DNA from: Bugula neritina
Taxonomy: Eukaryota > Animalia > Bryozoa
Direction of reading: 5' to 3'
DNA length: 64,000 nt
NCBI GenBank assembly: GCA_964035545.1
Contig: OZ037771.1
Coordinates: 941,628 to 1,005,627, forward strand
The first letter of the stretch is position 1, and each line of letters opens with the position of its first letter. This document shows, piece after piece, positions 61,901 through 64,000 of this stretch. A program made the translations under genes and the position numbers. The notes under the pieces are model-generated. The model saw nothing but the letters and a program-made list of their open reading frames with translations, made no database searches and was not told the DNA's origin.

Positions 61901-64000
61901 GTTTTGTACATTATGTAATTTGACATAATAGTCTTGATTTAATGTTAAAGTTCGCTGTAGTTACTACTGTTACTACAACGTACTGTAGTTACTACAGTGT
62001 ACTGTAGTAACTACAGTACACTGTACTTACTATTGAAAACCTACTATTACTACAATTAGCTTGCCATTATCAAGTTCACATTGACATTTGCAATCCTCTA
62101 TGTTGAAAGCTGATAAAGTAAAGTGGTGAATATTCCAGAGGTGAGCTTTAAAACCGTAACATCATGGATGTCCTATCATAGGCAGCTGGCAAGGTGAGTA
62201 ATTTAAGCGGATCATAACTGTGTTTCTAAACCGATGCACTCGGAATTAATTTTAAGGTTTATCGCATGATAACAATACCAATTTATAAATTAAATCCCAA
62301 AATAATAATATAATATATTAAATTTCAAGTTTGTTTAACCCTCAATAACAAGACAGTATTTTTAGTAATATAAAAGGCTCTTTTCTGATTATTGGGAACT
62401 CTTCAAATAAACTTATCACCAACTAAATGTTGCATGCATTTCCCCGGCAGAGAGTGTTAGTACCTAAGGCTGTTTCTTACTACGGGCAGGTTGCAAAATA
62501 TACAATAGTGTGTCAGTAAACTTGCTATAGATTTACCCTTGCTATAGATTGAAACTTCAACAAAAGTTTATTTAAAACTTGATATGAGAAAATGTAATTT
62601 GGAAATTAATGTGACAGCTCTAGCAATTTGATAGGTGAGATTTGGCAAAGATGGATGCTGACATACAGGATTACTCTATGCAGTGTACAGATCAGCTCTG
62701 GATTTAAAGATTGCTGCTTGTGCTAGGTTTGTACTAGACTTCAGGTATCAGCTGTTATGCAAGTTAGATTTCCCTGCGTGTTTAAGAAGCAAAAAGCCAT
62801 CACTTACATGATGAAAATGTCCCATATACTTTATGCAACCTGGCTAAAAGCATACAAGGAATATGTGCATATGGCTGTATACCAGGTTACACACATTCTA
62901 TTAAACTTGTTTCAGGTAGTACACATATCAGTTTCCCACTATACTACACCTATTGAGTGCCAACTGCTGAAAGTCTTAGTCAGAGTTATCTTTCCTCGGA
63001 CATGGCCAACAATGCAGAATTAGGTATTTGTTCAGCTGTGGCCTGATCTACCAGGTTGTAAATCCACAGCTGGCCAGTGAACCAATAACAGCAGCTGATA
63101 GTTATGGCAGCCAATAACAGCAGCTGATAGTCAATAGCAGCCAATAACAGCAGCTGATAGTAAGTAGAGACGTAGAGTTGTGTTGGAGGAATGCTAAGTA
63201 GGGAAGAGAGAGGCCCAAGGAAGTGTTAGCTGGGGTTAGGGCGAGGAAATAGAAGGAGCTCTTAGAAGCGTACAACAAGAATACTATACAGTACAATGTC
63301 CCATTTAGAAGCTTCTTAACCGTCAAAGCAGAGAGGTTAAAGTAAGTGTCCTAGGAATATTAGAAAAAGCAGGTCACATCCTGTAACAAATAGCTCCGCC
63401 TACCTGAACCGTTGGCTTCCTGAATATTGAATCGTGAGTAATGAGAAGTTATGGTGCCGTTTGGGGTGGTGATAGCCGTGTCAATGGTGTCCACAGACTC
63501 TGAGCTGGGCATAGTCGTACTGTCCAGCTGCAAGGTAACATATCAATATAATATCATAGAGAGTATACACTGACCATAGACATAGAGAGTATACACTGGC
63601 CATAGACATAGAGAGTAGTACCATAGTACATAGAGAGTGTATACTCACCATAGACATAGAGAGTGTATACTCACCATAGACATAGAGAGTATATACTCAC
63701 CATAGACATAGAGAGTATATACTCACCATAGACATAGAGAGTGTATACTCACCATAGACATAGAGTGTGTATACTCACCATAGACATAGAGAGTGTATAC
63801 TCACCATAGACATAGAGAGTATATACTCACCATAGACATAGAGAGGTTGTGCGAGTGAGAGGAGACAACCACTGTGTTGCATGTAGCCAGTAAAAGAAGA
63901 AATTCATTTATTTTTGACTTTTGCTCGTCTGTAAGCTTCTCCCCCTCGTCCGTATACCCATTAGCTACCGAGGTCAGCACCGACGTGCTGTTAGCCGCAT
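55958..64000 (-). CDS. ATP10: P4-ATPase phospholipid flippase, ATP10-like (class V), 3' portion; 5' end lies outside the window
   Basis: Exons encode [109 protein letters not shown]; last exon 55958-56117. YEAESPDE and HGHW-Y-RLA point to the ATP10 subclass. Confidence 0.9.
57138..57367. repeat. ~62-bp minisatellite x4 filling an ATP10 intron
   Basis: catcataaccatatatatagtgctgtggggaacatgcattgtctta repeats. Confidence 0.9.
57688..58075. repeat. ~17-bp AT-rich minisatellite (tagagtatagtattata)
   Basis: Direct observation. Confidence 0.9.
59558..59973. repeat. 31-bp minisatellite starting at an ATP10 donor
   Basis: ggactttctagagcagtgacttagagtaact about 13 copies. Confidence 0.92.
60064..60192 (-). 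repeat. 36-bp repeat x4 duplicating an ATP10 acceptor plus exon start
   Basis: gctgtgtgcag|gtaaagata x4. Confidence 0.9.
60895..61170. repeat. AT-rich low-complexity (tatat/tattat) tract
   Basis: Direct observation. Confidence 0.9.
63555..63845 (-). repeat. 26-bp repeat duplicating an ATP10 exon end and donor
   Basis: About 10 copies of ctctctatgtctatg|gtgagtata. Confidence 0.9.

Noticed and set aside
61719-62460. Possible TIR element (taaccaccgctagggaaa ... tttccccggcagagagtgtta)
   Set aside because: Ends match too poorly and no TSD; not supportable without a copy search

Overview
Gene-dense, AT-rich, intron-containing metazoan DNA. It is probably a marine invertebrate or lophotrochozoan, inferred from gene content and style only. 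Left to right: a 5'-truncated but ORF-intact Ty3/Gypsy retrotransposon (-; PPT and start of 3' LTR at the window edge); TRAPPC2 (+, with a U12-type intron); SPATA4 (-) head-to-head with a 15-exon Rab escort protein gene (CHM/REP, +). REP intron 5 hosts an antisense ankyrin + TTC22-like TPR gene with a perfect NF-kB site upstream. Next is an orphan single-Ig type I membrane protein gene (+). Its introns carry a CAC..GTG MITE, a 2.4-kb minisatellite and a ~1.37-kb near-perfect palindrome built from tandem tRNA-like units. Then UBXN7 (-), COQ3 (-), an orphan acidic secreted protein (+), VPS36 (-), MED11 (+) and the 3' part of an ATP10-like P4-ATPase (-). Many intronic tandem repeats begin at, and often duplicate, splice sites. 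All exon structures were deduced by hand from splice signals, reading frame and remembered homolog motifs; no database searches were run.
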